DNA from: an uncultured delta proteobacterium
GTDB taxonomy: Bacteria > Myxococcota_A > Polyangia > Polyangiales > Polyangiaceae
Direction: 5' to 3'
NCBI GenBank assembly: GCA_963806225.1
Contig: CAWDXG010000003.1
Span: 128,001 to 192,000 of the forward strand
DNA: 64,000 nucleotides
The position numbers and the translations under genes were made by a program. Below, piece by piece: positions 9,573 to 19,817 of this stretch; positions within the stretch are counted from its first letter, which is position 1; every line of letters starts with the position of its first letter. The notes under the pieces were generated by a model that was not told where the DNA came from, did no database searches, and was given only the letters and a program-made list of their open reading frames with translations.

Positions 9573-9588
9573 TGCGAACGCCATGCCA
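9573..9588 (-). promoter_or_regulatory. Putative sigma54 -24/-12 promoter
   Basis: Minus strand TGGCATGGCGTTCGCA = GG-N10-GC, about 100 nt upstream of the small TPR gene. Confidence 0.45.
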
Positions 9589-9758
9589 GCGCCGATGCCG
9601 TGTAGGCGTCCGCGACCACAGCGATGACCATTCCTGTTGAACGTCAACCACTTGCGCTCTTGGCGCAGCGCGTCGAGCGACAACCGCGCCGGGCGCGGCA
9701 CCCGGATCAGCGTGTCATGCCACTGCGAGCCGATTCCGCTGCATCTGGATCCGGCGCC

Positions 9759-10901
9759 TCAGGCGTCGAACGATGTGCGATAGAGCGCCATCAGGTCGTC
9801 CCGCGTGCAGGCTCTCGGGTTGGCCTGGTGGCAGGCATCCTTGAACGCCTTGTCGGCAAGCGTGGGAAGCTGATCCTCACGCACACCGACCGCGGAAAGC
9901 CCCGCCGGCAGTCCGATCGACGCCCTGAGCTTGCGAAGCGCAGCAGAACACGCGCCGTGTTCCGCGTCACCGCCCAGCAGCAGCCCGACGTGCACCACGC
10001 GCTCGAGCGCCGCCTGTTCGTTGAAGTCGACCACCGCAGGAAGGCACAACGCGTTGGCCAGACCATGATGCAGACCGCACTCGCTCGATAGCGGATGCGC
10101 AAGCGAGTGGCATGCGCCCAGGCCTTTCTGGAAGGCGACGGCGCCCATCATTGCCGCCTTCATCATCCCGCCCCGCGCTTCGAGGTCGGCGGCATCCGCC
10201 ATCACCGCCGGCAAGCACTTCGCCACGAGATCGATGCCGGCGAGTGCGATCGCGTCGGCCATCGGATGGTCACCCTTCGACAGATACGCCTCGATGCAGT
10301 GGGTCAGCGCATCGAATCCCGTAGCCGCCGTCGTACGCGCCGGCATCGAGCGCGTGAGCTCGGGATCGAGGATCGCTACGCGCGGCAGGAGCGACGGCGC
10401 GAAGATCACGGTCTTCCGACCGGTGGAGCGCAGTGTGACCACGGCGGAGCGTCCCACCTCGCTCCCGGTTCCCGCCGTCGTCGGCAGCGCGATGATCGGA
10501 GGCAGATCCTCCGGGATGTGGCGCCCCCCGCCCACGGCGTCGTCCAGTTCCTCGAACGGGCGCTGGACGCGCGCACGGAGCGCGACGAGCTTGCCCGCGT
10601 CCATCGGGGAACCGCCGCCTATGCACACCACGCCGTCGGCACGGTGCTCCTCGAATGCGACGCGGCCCTGCTCGACGTTCTGCTCGGTCGGATTGCCGTC
10701 GACGCCGTCGAAGACGCGCGTCTTGATGCCGGCCGCCTCGAGCGACTCGCGCACGCTGTTGCCCAGTCCCGCCTTCACGACCCCGGCGTCGGTCACGATG
10801 AGCGCGCGCTGCATGCCGGCGGCTTCCGCCTCCTGTCCGCTGCGCGCGGCTTCTCCGGCCCCGAAGACGATCCGTGTGGGAAAACTCCAGATTGCTGTCA
10901 T
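9759..10901 (-). CDS. Iron-containing alcohol dehydrogenase
   Basis: GGGSPMD, PTTAGTGSE, DALTHCIE, CHSLAH, HHGLAN. Confidence 0.95.
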   Translation of the reverse strand: MTAIWSFPTRIVFGAGEAARSGQEAEAAGMQRALIVTDAGVVKAGLGNSVRESLEAAGIKTRVFDGVDGNPTEQNVEQGRVAFEEHRADGVVCIGGGSPMDAGKLVALRARVQRPFEELDDAVGGGRHIPEDLPPIIALPTTAGTGSEVGRSAVVTLRSTGRKTVIFAPSLLPRVAILDPELTRSMPARTTAATGFDALTHCIEAYLSKGDHPMADAIALAGIDLVAKCLPAVMADAADLEARGGMMKAAMMGAVAFQKGLGACHSLAHPLSSECGLHHGLANALCLPAVVDFNEQAALERVVHVGLLLGGDAEHGACSAALRKLRASIGLPAGLSAVGVREDQLPTLADKAFKDACHQANPRACTRDDLMALYRTSFDA

Positions 10902-10949
10902 GTCGACCTTGTAGCCTTTCCCGGGCCGGCGCGCCCGTAGGGTCCCCGG

Positions 10950-12416
10950 TCAGATCGCCTCGAAGTAGCGCTTGAGCTCCCAGTCCGTGACGGCTGTCCG
11001 GTAGGCGCGCTCCTCCCAGTCACGGGTCCGCACGTAGTGGTCGACGAATTCCGCCCCGAACAGCTCGACCGCCGCCTTGCTCGAAGCCAGGAGCCGCGTC
11101 GCTTGGGCAAGCGTCGTGGGCAGGCGCTCGGGGCCGTCCGTTCCCGGATCTCCGATGCTCTCGGGCGGCAGCTCCGCGTCGTGCTCGATTCCCCACAGAC
11201 CACTGCCGAGCGCTGCGGCCATGGCCAGATAGGGGTTGATGTCCGCGGCGCACTGGCGATGCTCCACCCTGAGCGCGCTGCTGCTTCCGGAACCGATCAC
11301 GCGGAGCGCACAGGCGCGGTTCTCGACGCCCCACGACGGAACGAGCGGCGCCCACAGCCCGGGAACGTAGCGCTTGTAGCTGTTCACGGTCGGCGACACC
11401 ATCGCGGTCAGCTCGCGCATCAGCTTCATCTGACCGCCGACATAGCGACGCATGACCCGTGACATTCCGCGGGACCCCTTCGGATCGTGGAACACGTTCC
11501 GGTCGCCGCGCCACAGGCTCTGGTGGACGTGCCCGCTGCAGCCCGGCAGCTCGGAGTTCCACTTGGCCATGAACGTCACGGAAAGCCCATGCCGCGCGGC
11601 GATCTGCTTCATGCTGGTCTTGAACAGCGCTGCCTTGTCGGCGGCGCGGAGAGCGTCGTCGTAGCGGATGGCCACCTCGTAGACGCCCGGTCCGGTTTCA
11701 GTGTGCAGGCCCTCGATGTCGATATCGAACTCGCGCATGCCGTGCAGGATGTCGTGCATCAACGCGGAGTCCTGCCCCGAACGCACCCAGCTGTAGCCGA
11801 ACATGCCCGGATCCAGGGGCGACAGATTGCGGAAGCCCTTGGCCTGCAGCGTGTCGCGCGTTTCCTGGAACAGGAAGAACTCGAACTCGGCGGAAAAGCG
11901 CGGCTCGTAGCCCAGGTCGCGTGCACGATCGATCACGCGGCGCAGAAGCGAGCGCGGACAGGCTGGATGCGGGCGGTCCTGGGCGTCGCGGAAGTCGCAG
12001 AGCATCGCGGCGATGCCGGGCTCCCACGGCGACAGCCGCAGGGTCGACGGATCCAGCACCGCGTGCGCATCGGGATAGCCGGTATGGGGCCCGGTAATGC
12101 GCCCGTTGTCGTACAAGGCGTCGGCCACGTCCCATCCGAAGATCACGTCGCAGAAGCCGAAGCCGGTGGCCAGGGCCGAGCGGAGCTTGTCGAGCGAGAC
12201 GTATTTCCCACGGAGAACGCCATCCACGTCGAAGCCGCCGACCTTGGCATGCGTCACGCCGCGCTCTTCCAGCCCGGCGACGAGCTCGCGGGCCTTGCGC
12301 GCACCCTGCGCGCGCCGGTCGGGAAGCGCCTTCGATCGCTTTTCGGGAGGCGTCCGCGACTTCGCCCTGGCGCGCGGGGCGGTCTTCTTCGTAGCTCGCT
12401 TGCGGGTCGTGGCCAT
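10950..12416 (-). CDS. Glutamine synthetase-like gamma-glutamyl-amine ligase
   Basis: DGVLRGK, EFEFF, HTETGPGVYE, GCSGHVHQS, WGVENR, RVEHR, NPYL. Confidence 0.9.
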   Translation of the reverse strand: MATTRKRATKKTAPRARAKSRTPPEKRSKALPDRRAQGARKARELVAGLEERGVTHAKVGGFDVDGVLRGKYVSLDKLRSALATGFGFCDVIFGWDVADALYDNGRITGPHTGYPDAHAVLDPSTLRLSPWEPGIAAMLCDFRDAQDRPHPACPRSLLRRVIDRARDLGYEPRFSAEFEFFLFQETRDTLQAKGFRNLSPLDPGMFGYSWVRSGQDSALMHDILHGMREFDIDIEGLHTETGPGVYEVAIRYDDALRAADKAALFKTSMKQIAARHGLSVTFMAKWNSELPGCSGHVHQSLWRGDRNVFHDPKGSRGMSRVMRRYVGGQMKLMRELTAMVSPTVNSYKRYVPGLWAPLVPSWGVENRACALRVIGSGSSSALRVEHRQCAADINPYLAMAAALGSGLWGIEHDAELPPESIGDPGTDGPERLPTTLAQATRLLASSKAAVELFGAEFVDHYVRTRDWEERAYRTAVTDWELKRYFEAI

Positions 12417-12478
12417 GACCCCGGAGCCTACACGACCCGGGCGCCGCTTGTGCCCGTCGTGAAGCGCGCTGGCTGCAC

Positions 12479-13840
12479 TCAGAGAGAGCCGGCCGACGGG
12501 TAGACTTCCGCTGGTCCGACCCGCGCGAGGACGTCGACCAGTTCCTCGACCGGGTAGGGCTTGGCCAGGTAGTGGACCACGTGCGGATCGCCGAGCAACT
12601 CCGACGCGATGTCCTCGACCGAGTAGCCACTCGTGAGGATCACCGGAGCCGCGCAGCCGATCTGCCGCATCCGCTCGAGAACCCGCCCCGCCGAACCGTG
12701 GGGCAGATTGACGTCCAGCAGCAGCGCGTCGAAATCCGAAGCGTGTTCGTCGAGGGCCTGTATGGTCTGCTCCACGCTGGAGACGGTCCTCGTCCGATAG
12801 CCGTACTGGGCGAGGAGATCAGCAGTCAACGAGGCGAGCCGCTGCTCGTCGTCGCAGATGAGCACCACCGGATTCGACGCCACCCTCGCAACCGGGGAAG
12901 AGGAGCTCGCGGAACGCGAAGCCGACTGCGACGGCGCGTTCCTCGTGCCCGCCTCTTCGGCGCGCTCGCGGCGCCCCATGCTTCCAGCCAGGCGCTGCGC
13001 GGACTCCGTGCGCGTCGCCCGCTCCAGCTCGGTCTGCAGCCGCTTTCGCTCCGAGACGTCGCGGAAGAACACGAAGCTCGAGAGGCTCCCATCGAGCGGC
13101 GCGGGCGAGGCGGAGATCTCCACCACAACGGGATCGCCCGCCTTGCGGACCAGGACCTGCTCCGTCGGTGACACCTGCCCGTTTCCAACAAGGCCGCGCA
13201 GCGCGTTCTGTGCCGATAGCCGGTGGTCGGGATGCACGAAGTCCAGCACCGAGCGGCCGACGACCTCGTCGGCGGCGTGGCAACCGAACAGCTGTACCGC
13301 TGCCGGATTGACATAGAGCAGGATGCCCTTGCGGTGCACCGCGATGCCGTCGCTGGCCGAGTCGACCATCAGGCGGAAGCGCCTTTCCGAAGCCTCGAAG
13401 GCCTCGACGGTCAGTGCCTGCTCGCTGCGGTCCTCGAAAGCGACGCTCGCCGCCTGGACGCTCCCGCCGAGACGGAACGGCATCACATGCAGGCGGAACG
13501 GGCCGGAGCGTCCGGCGACGAGCGGGACGTCCGGAGCTTCGACCACCACCGCTTCGCCCAGCGCCGCGCGGCGGAGCGCGGCAGCCAGCCTCCCGTCATC
13601 CCCGACCAGCAGGGAGACCCCTCGCACCTGGTCGACCGGCAGTGCCGGTCCGATCCAGCCAGCGAGAGTGCGGTTGACCCTGACGCAGCTGCCATCGAGG
13701 CGAACGATCGCAAACCCGTTCGGAGCGAAATCGAGCGCCTCGCACACGAACCGCGCTGCCTCGTGCAGCGGGTCCGCCTCCCTCAGTATGTCTGCCGTGC
13801 CCTCCAAGCGCGCACCCCCTCCCTCGCGAAGACTAACCAA
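12479..13840 (-). CDS. PAS-PAS-REC signalling protein without a kinase core
   Basis: PAS (YVNPAAVQLFG...VVGRSVLDFVHPD...RDVSERK) and C-terminal REC (ICDDE, LLDVNLP, TSG, AKP). Start uncertain. Confidence 0.8.
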   Translation of the reverse strand: MVSLREGGGARLEGTADILREADPLHEAARFVCEALDFAPNGFAIVRLDGSCVRVNRTLAGWIGPALPVDQVRGVSLLVGDDGRLAAALRRAALGEAVVVEAPDVPLVAGRSGPFRLHVMPFRLGGSVQAASVAFEDRSEQALTVEAFEASERRFRLMVDSASDGIAVHRKGILLYVNPAAVQLFGCHAADEVVGRSVLDFVHPDHRLSAQNALRGLVGNGQVSPTEQVLVRKAGDPVVVEISASPAPLDGSLSSFVFFRDVSERKRLQTELERATRTESAQRLAGSMGRRERAEEAGTRNAPSQSASRSASSSSPVARVASNPVVLICDDEQRLASLTADLLAQYGYRTRTVSSVEQTIQALDEHASDFDALLLDVNLPHGSAGRVLERMRQIGCAAPVILTSGYSVEDIASELLGDPHVVHYLAKPYPVEELVDVLARVGPAEVYPSAGSL

Positions 13841-13893
13841 TCCAGGACCGCCTGGCTACGAGACATTGCACGCGAGACGTTCTCCGCGTTGGC

Positions 13894-15850
13894 TCACGCC
13901 CCGCGTGGCAGCAGCCGGTAGATGAGCAGGATCACGCCAGCCACCATCAGGAAACCGGCCACGTAGCCTGCCGGGAGCGGGCCGAGGGAAAGTACACTCC
14001 CGCTGGAAGACGCCACCACCTCGTCGACGAGGGTCAACAGGATGCTGGCTAGCAGCAGGGCTGCACCCGGCAGGATTCGGCGCAGCAGCGTCGGCTCGCT
14101 CGGGATGGCGCGTCGCACCGCGGCGGGATCGCTTTCGGGACGTGCCGGAACCAGGCTGGAACCAGGCGACGGCGCGGCACCCGGCTCGGGCTCGGTCGTG
14201 GCGCGCCTCGAGTCCGGCGGATCGGGCGCCGACCAGCTCGGAGAGCTCTGCCCGGCCTTGCCGACGGCGGGCCAGGAGGCACCGCTAGCCGAGCGGGCCG
14301 AGCGAGCCGAGGGCGGCGCGACAGGATGGGCAGCCGGCGGCGCTGCCGCCGGCCACGCATCCCCGCTCTGGTGCGAAGGCGCGACGGAGGGCGGCGCCGA
14401 CACTGCGCGCAGCGATCCGCTCGACAACCTGCGCACGGGTTCCTCGCCCGGCGCCAGATCCAACGCGAGATCGACCCCCGCGGCGTCGTCGAAGTCGATC
14501 ACGCCCGAGAAGGCCGGCATCGAGTCGCTCGAGGCGGTGCGGGAGCGCGGTGCAGGCTTGTCGAACGCGAGAATCGGGAATGGCGACGGGCGCCGCGGGG
14601 GGCGCGGCAGCGGGTGGGGCCGCCTGCGCCCGCGGAGATACGTGCACCGGGACCGGCGCGGCGGACGAGCCGCCCCCGGGCGTCCCGCCGGCGAGTTCGG
14701 GGGCGTTTCCCGCCAACGCGACGGCATCCAGCGTCGCCGCCTCGCGCAAGTCCCCCGCAACCCGTGACTGTAGACCCGAGATGCGCGACGAGCGCTCGGG
14801 CATGGCCGCCTCGATGGTCTCGACGCGGGGCACCACCCCGCCCTCGGAGCGTTCGTCGCGGAACGCACCGCCGCCAGGGCGCAATGAAGCCATGCGCGGC
14901 TCGACGACACCCGCCGCCCGCAGGAGGTCGTCCCAGAACGCACCGGCTTCGGGATAGCGGTCGCGCGGATCCAGAGCGAGAGCGCGCACAAACACCGCCT
15001 CGACCTCGTCGCTGACCACGAGCCCTTCCGTGCGTGGCGTGGGACGCCGCGTCGGATCGACCGCGGTGCCCATCATCGCAGCCTGATCCCCGTCGATGAT
15101 CGCACGGCCCGCCATCACTTCCACCAGCGTGAGCGCCAGGCCCCACACATCGGTCCAGGGTCCGGTCTGCCCGAAGCGCTTCGGCACCCACTGCTCCGGG
15201 GCGCCGTAGGCCGGCGTGAACGACGCCAGCGCGCTGTGCGTCTGGCTGGCCCGCCCCGCGACCTGGCTGGCGACGCTCTTGGCCTTGCCAATGCCGAAGT
15301 CCAGGATCTTGACGACCTGCTCCCCTGCTACATTCGCCACGAAGATGTTCTCTGGCTTGAGGTCGCGGTGAACGATCGAAATCGGTCCGTCGGGCCCCAT
15401 GTAGTTGTGGGCGCGCTCCAGCGCGCGGGCGACCGGCGTCAGCAGCCGGACCAGCTTCTTCAGCGACATGGGGGAGAGCCCATCCTCCTTGCGGCGCTCC
15501 ATGATCGCGTCGAGCGTCTCGCCCTCGAGCCACTCCAGCGCCATGAACGGCATGAAGGTGCCGTCGGCCATGGTCACCGCATCCACATGCAGGGGTCGCA
15601 CGACCGTGGGGATGCTCGCCGACAGCCTGAACAACAGCTCCGCCTCGCCACGGAACTGTTCGAGAAATTCCTCCTGGTGCGCGGCGCTGAGCTGCTGCGG
15701 GATCTTCAGACACTTCAGCGCGACCGGCGCGCGGAAACCGGTGTGATGCGCACGGTAGACCACACCGAACCCACCTTCGGCCACAACCGTCTCCACCTGG
15801 TATGCGCCAACAATGACGCTTCCCACGATTCCGAAGACGTCTTCCGCCAT
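13894..15850 (-). CDS. Hanks-type Ser/Thr protein kinase with Pro/Ala linker and 2 C-terminal TM helices; frameshift near 14572
   Basis: GGFGVVY, VALK, HRDLKPEN, DFG, YGAPE, DVWGL. Removing one base (CCCGATTCTCG to CCCGATCTCG, minus strand) joins the kinase to the TM-bearing 13894 frame. Confidence 0.9.
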
Positions 15851-15981
15851 GTGCTCTTGCCGCCCCCTCTCCTATGGGCAAAACGCGGGCCCGTAGCATA
15901 CCAGATCCCCCTGTTCTGCACACCCTGCAGCAGACCGGCTGGCCGACTCCGGGCGCTGCCTGGAAAGGCCATGTTGTGGCG

Positions 15982-16794
15982 ATGAGCGGAGAGCAGACCC
16001 GGCCCGGGTTCGGGTCCGGGATTGTCGCGCTGGTCCACAGCGCCGGCTTCCTCGCCCGGCGCCCCCGCGCCTGGCCCTACGCGCTGGTGCCGGCGGCAAT
16101 CCTGGTGGCGCTCGCCAGCCTGCTGGTCGCGCTGTCCGTCCACTTCGTGCAGCCGGCCATCGCGGATCTGATGCCCGCTCCCTCGCACTGGTACTGGCAG
16201 ATGGGGCGCGGCTTCATTTCCTGGCTCGTGACGATACTCGCCGGCGTGCTCGGGCTCCTCCTGGCACTGGCAGTCACGCCCCCCCTCAGCGGTCCCGCGC
16301 TCGAGCATCTGGTCGAGCTCGAGGAGCGCGAGCTCGCAGTGAGCCAGCGGCAGCCCATCGGATTTTTGGCCGAGATCTGGTGCGGACTGAAGGCCCAGGC
16401 AGCGGCAGCCATGTTTGCCGGGCCGCTGCTTGTCGTTCTGTGGATCGTCGATCTGCTGTTCCCGCCGGCTTCCGTGGTGACCGTTCCGCTCAAGTTGCTC
16501 ATCACGTCGCTGGCGCTCGCCTGGAATCTCTTCGACTATCCACTCACCCTGCGCGGCGTGCCTTTGCGCGGCCGTCTCGCCCTCGTCGTCAGGAATCCGG
16601 GAGCCACGCTCGGCTTCGGCGCCGGCTGCACGATCCTGTTTCTGGCGCCGTGCTTCGGCGTGTTGATGCTTCCGGTGGGCGTGGTGGGAGCAACGCGACT
16701 GGTGTGGCAGCTCCTCGAAGCCGATCCCGGACTCGTGCCCAGCCTGCCGCGGCGCGCGGACGGCGTTGCTCCCGGAGCGGGCGGGCAGCGCTAG
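15982..16794 (+). CDS. EI24/CysZ-like integral membrane protein
   Basis: Several TM helices, PPLSGPALEHL and WNLFDYPL motifs. Confidence 0.8.
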   Translation: MSGEQTRPGFGSGIVALVHSAGFLARRPRAWPYALVPAAILVALASLLVALSVHFVQPAIADLMPAPSHWYWQMGRGFISWLVTILAGVLGLLLALAVTPPLSGPALEHLVELEERELAVSQRQPIGFLAEIWCGLKAQAAAAMFAGPLLVVLWIVDLLFPPASVVTVPLKLLITSLALAWNLFDYPLTLRGVPLRGRLALVVRNPGATLGFGAGCTILFLAPCFGVLMLPVGVVGATRLVWQLLEADPGLVPSLPRRADGVAPGAGGQR

Positions 16795-18284
16795 TTCTGG
16801 TCGACGGCGATACCGAGCTGGCGACGGAGCTGCGAATAGCGGTCGCCGACGGTGAACGCGAGCAGATCCTTGACCAGCTCCTCGGCCGCGCGCCCGTCCT
16901 GTTCAAGGACGCCCTTGGCCGTGGCCAGATCGTTGCAGAGCAGGAGCCCAGCCCGGCACGCGGTCTTCTCGACCGCTGCGCTCCAGCGTTGCAGGTTGGT
17001 TCGCCCGCCCTCTTCCACGAAGCGCAGGAAATATCCACGCAGCGAGTCGATCTGCTGCGGCTCGAGCACGGGCTCGATGGCCTGGGCGATGGGGGCCACG
17101 CGGCGCTTCATGTCCTCGGCGATCGGTAGGCCGGGATTGCCGATCGTGAGCGCGGCCAGGAACAGGTCCTCCAGATCGGGGACCGCGCTGAAGAGCTTCT
17201 TCACATAGTGCTCCTGCCGGTACCAGCTCAGATGCCGACCCGCGAAGAACGCATGCTCGAGCTGCGAGGGCCCGGACAGCACCTTGTGGCCCACCACGGT
17301 GATGGGCGGGACCGCCGGGATGTGCTCGTATCCCACCTCGCGATCCTTCTCCACGTAGATGGGCGGCGGAGCCAGACCCAGGATCGCCGCCGCCCAGGTC
17401 AGCGCGCGCACCGCCGTCAGCGTGGCCTGCACGGGATCCTGCTTCGTCGCCGGATCGGGCTGGTGCAACTTCCCGTCGCGGCGGAGCGCCGTGACCCGCC
17501 CCAGCAGCACTGCCGGCGCGATAATCGCGAAGATCTGGCCGGTGAGCACCTCTTCTTCCGGATGGAAAAGCAGGTCGTACCAGGCGTTCTGCGAGACGCC
17601 GCCGCGCGGCGCCATGAGCGTCTGCGCCCGGTATTGCTGATAGAGCTTGTTCTGCTCGTCGTTCGCTGCGCCCAGTGTCACCAGCGCCTGGGACACGCAC
17701 CACTGCCGGTCGGTCTCTCCACGCGCCGCATAGATGCGGTACAGATTGCGGAACGGTTCCGGACGGGTCGGGTCGCGGCGGATCTGTCGCCAGACGGCAT
17801 CGGCGTCCTCGCTGGCATCTTCCGCCGCGCTCTCCAGATCGCCGAGGTCCACTTCCACGTTGATGGCCGCCTGCGCCCGGCGCAGTTCCTCTTCGAGCTC
17901 GCGAACGCGGGCTTCGAGTTGCTCGATGCGCTTCAGGAGCAACGTGCGGCCTGCGTCGCCCTGCGCCTGCACCTGCAACGGAGCGAGCGATGCCGCTGGC
18001 TCTTCGTAGTGCTCGATGATCTTCACCTGGTGGCGCGCCTGGTAGGCCGCCACCATCGCCTGCTCGAGGCGCAGTAGACGTTGCCGGTCGAGCCCGAGGT
18101 TGTCGGCCGCCTTCTCCAGACGCGCCCGCTCCTCGGCTGTGATGACGCCGTCCTCGAGCGCTTCGGCGAACAGTTCCTCGTACTGCATCTCCAGTGGGCC
18201 GAGCCCCAGCCCGCCGGCTACCTCACCGGGAGAAAACCCCGCGCCATGCTCGAAGCCACCCGTCACGTCGCCTGAATCGCTCAT
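16791..18284 (-). CDS. Hypothetical protein: TerB-like N-terminal motif, coiled coil, AgmK-C-terminus-like domain
   Basis: EALEDGVITAEERARL motif, and LQRWSAAVEKTACRAGLLLCNDL resembling the C-terminus of large myxobacterial TPR proteins. Confidence 0.6.
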   Translation of the reverse strand: MSDSGDVTGGFEHGAGFSPGEVAGGLGLGPLEMQYEELFAEALEDGVITAEERARLEKAADNLGLDRQRLLRLEQAMVAAYQARHQVKIIEHYEEPAASLAPLQVQAQGDAGRTLLLKRIEQLEARVRELEEELRRAQAAINVEVDLGDLESAAEDASEDADAVWRQIRRDPTRPEPFRNLYRIYAARGETDRQWCVSQALVTLGAANDEQNKLYQQYRAQTLMAPRGGVSQNAWYDLLFHPEEEVLTGQIFAIIAPAVLLGRVTALRRDGKLHQPDPATKQDPVQATLTAVRALTWAAAILGLAPPPIYVEKDREVGYEHIPAVPPITVVGHKVLSGPSQLEHAFFAGRHLSWYRQEHYVKKLFSAVPDLEDLFLAALTIGNPGLPIAEDMKRRVAPIAQAIEPVLEPQQIDSLRGYFLRFVEEGGRTNLQRWSAAVEKTACRAGLLLCNDLATAKGVLEQDGRAAEELVKDLLAFTVGDRYSQLRRQLGIAVDQN

Positions 18285-18510
18285 CGCTATAGCCCTCCGT
18301 CCGTCCCGACTTTCACCCGGAGTCCGCGGCGGTTCAACGCCCGTCTGGATGTATGTGTGTGTGGGCCGGCCAGACTGCGTGCACCACGCGATCCGCTCCG
18401 CCGTGCCTCGAAAAGCGTGTTAGCATTGAAACTATGCGGCGTACCTTGTGCGCCGCAGAAGCAGCCGGGCGACGGTCGCTCCCGCCCGGCATCGACAAGG
18501 AGCTTCGCCG

Positions 18511-19773
18511 GTGCGCTTCTCGACCTACCGTAAGACTTTGCTTTCCCTGACGGGCCTGTCCCTTGCGTTCTACTTCGGCTGCGGCGGCGGCAACAGCGGC
18601 GACACTGCCGGCAGCGGCGGCAGCGCCGCCAACGGCTCGGGCGCCTCGGGCGGCAGCGCCGCCAGTAGTGCTGGCGGCAGTTCCTCCGGCGCCTCCGGGG
18701 GCACACTCAACCTCGGCGGCAGCAGTGGCAGCTCGTCGACCGGCGGCACCGGTGTCATCGATCCCGACGCAGGTTGCGCTACGTCAAAACTCAACGGCAC
18801 GCTGATTCCCGCGAACCTGCTGTTCGTGGTCGACCGCAGCGGCAGCATGAAGTGCAACCTGCCGCAGGACGGCCAGACCACCGCCAACTGCGAAAAATTC
18901 CCGAAGAAACTCGACCCGGCCAAGCCCAGCAAGTGGGAGCTCACGCGCGCTGCGCTCGAGAGCGCGCTTTCGCAGCTCCAGCAGGGCGGCAACGTCAGCG
19001 CCGGCCTCGTCGTATTCCCGGCGGACGGGTCGAACTGCACCGTGAACAAGACGCCGAACGTGCCCATCGCCAGCCTCGACTCCACGGGCGGCCAGGTTGC
19101 GACGATCAGCACGTTCCTCGACAACGAGACGCCCGGTGGATCGACGCCACTCGCCGGCGCCGACATCGAGGGCTACGCGTACATCCTGTCGCAGTGGTCG
19201 AAGCTGCCCGGCAACAAGTTCGTCGTGCTGTTGACCGACGGCTTCGAGACCTGCTCGCCGGACTCGCTTCCCGATCTCTTGACCAAGGAAGTCCCGCAAG
19301 CCACCAGCATCGGCATCCGCACCTTCGTGATCGGCGTACCTGGCAGCGAAGACGGTCGCGCGCTGCTCTCGCAGATCGCGTACATCGGCGGCACGCCGAA
19401 GAGCTCGAGCTGCACGCACAACCCGAGCCCGGCCAACGTCGGCGACTGCCACTTCGACATGACAACGTCCAGCAACTTCTCGCAGGATTTGCAGGACGCG
19501 CTGAAGAAGATCAGCGGCACCGTCCTCAGCTGCGAGCTCGACGTGCCGAAGAACCCGAGCGGCGGCGGCGTCGACCCGACGAAGGTCAACGTCACCATCA
19601 ACGGCAAGGTCGTGAACCAGGACACCAGCACGACCTGTGACAAGGCCGACGGCTGGCAGTACAACTCGACCAAGACCAAGATCGAGCTGTGCGGCTCGGC
19701 CTGCACGAACGCCAAGCAGCCCAACGCCACCGTCCAGGTCGTGCTCGGCTGCCCGACGGGCGGCATCTTCTAG
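18511..19773 (+). CDS. vWA-domain lipoprotein with Gly/Ser linker
   Basis: AAGGAG RBS plus GTG, lipobox-like YFGC, MIDAS DRSGS, GGSTP, LLTDG, Cys-rich C-terminal module. Confidence 0.88.
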   Translation: MRFSTYRKTLLSLTGLSLAFYFGCGGGNSGDTAGSGGSAANGSGASGGSAASSAGGSSSGASGGTLNLGGSSGSSSTGGTGVIDPDAGCATSKLNGTLIPANLLFVVDRSGSMKCNLPQDGQTTANCEKFPKKLDPAKPSKWELTRAALESALSQLQQGGNVSAGLVVFPADGSNCTVNKTPNVPIASLDSTGGQVATISTFLDNETPGGSTPLAGADIEGYAYILSQWSKLPGNKFVVLLTDGFETCSPDSLPDLLTKEVPQATSIGIRTFVIGVPGSEDGRALLSQIAYIGGTPKSSSCTHNPSPANVGDCHFDMTTSSNFSQDLQDALKKISGTVLSCELDVPKNPSGGGVDPTKVNVTINGKVVNQDTSTTCDKADGWQYNSTKTKIELCGSACTNAKQPNATVQVVLGCPTGGIF

Positions 19774-19817
19774 TCCGGGCGCGCATCCCAGTTCCCTTGG
19801 TCTTCCGCTGCAGCAGC

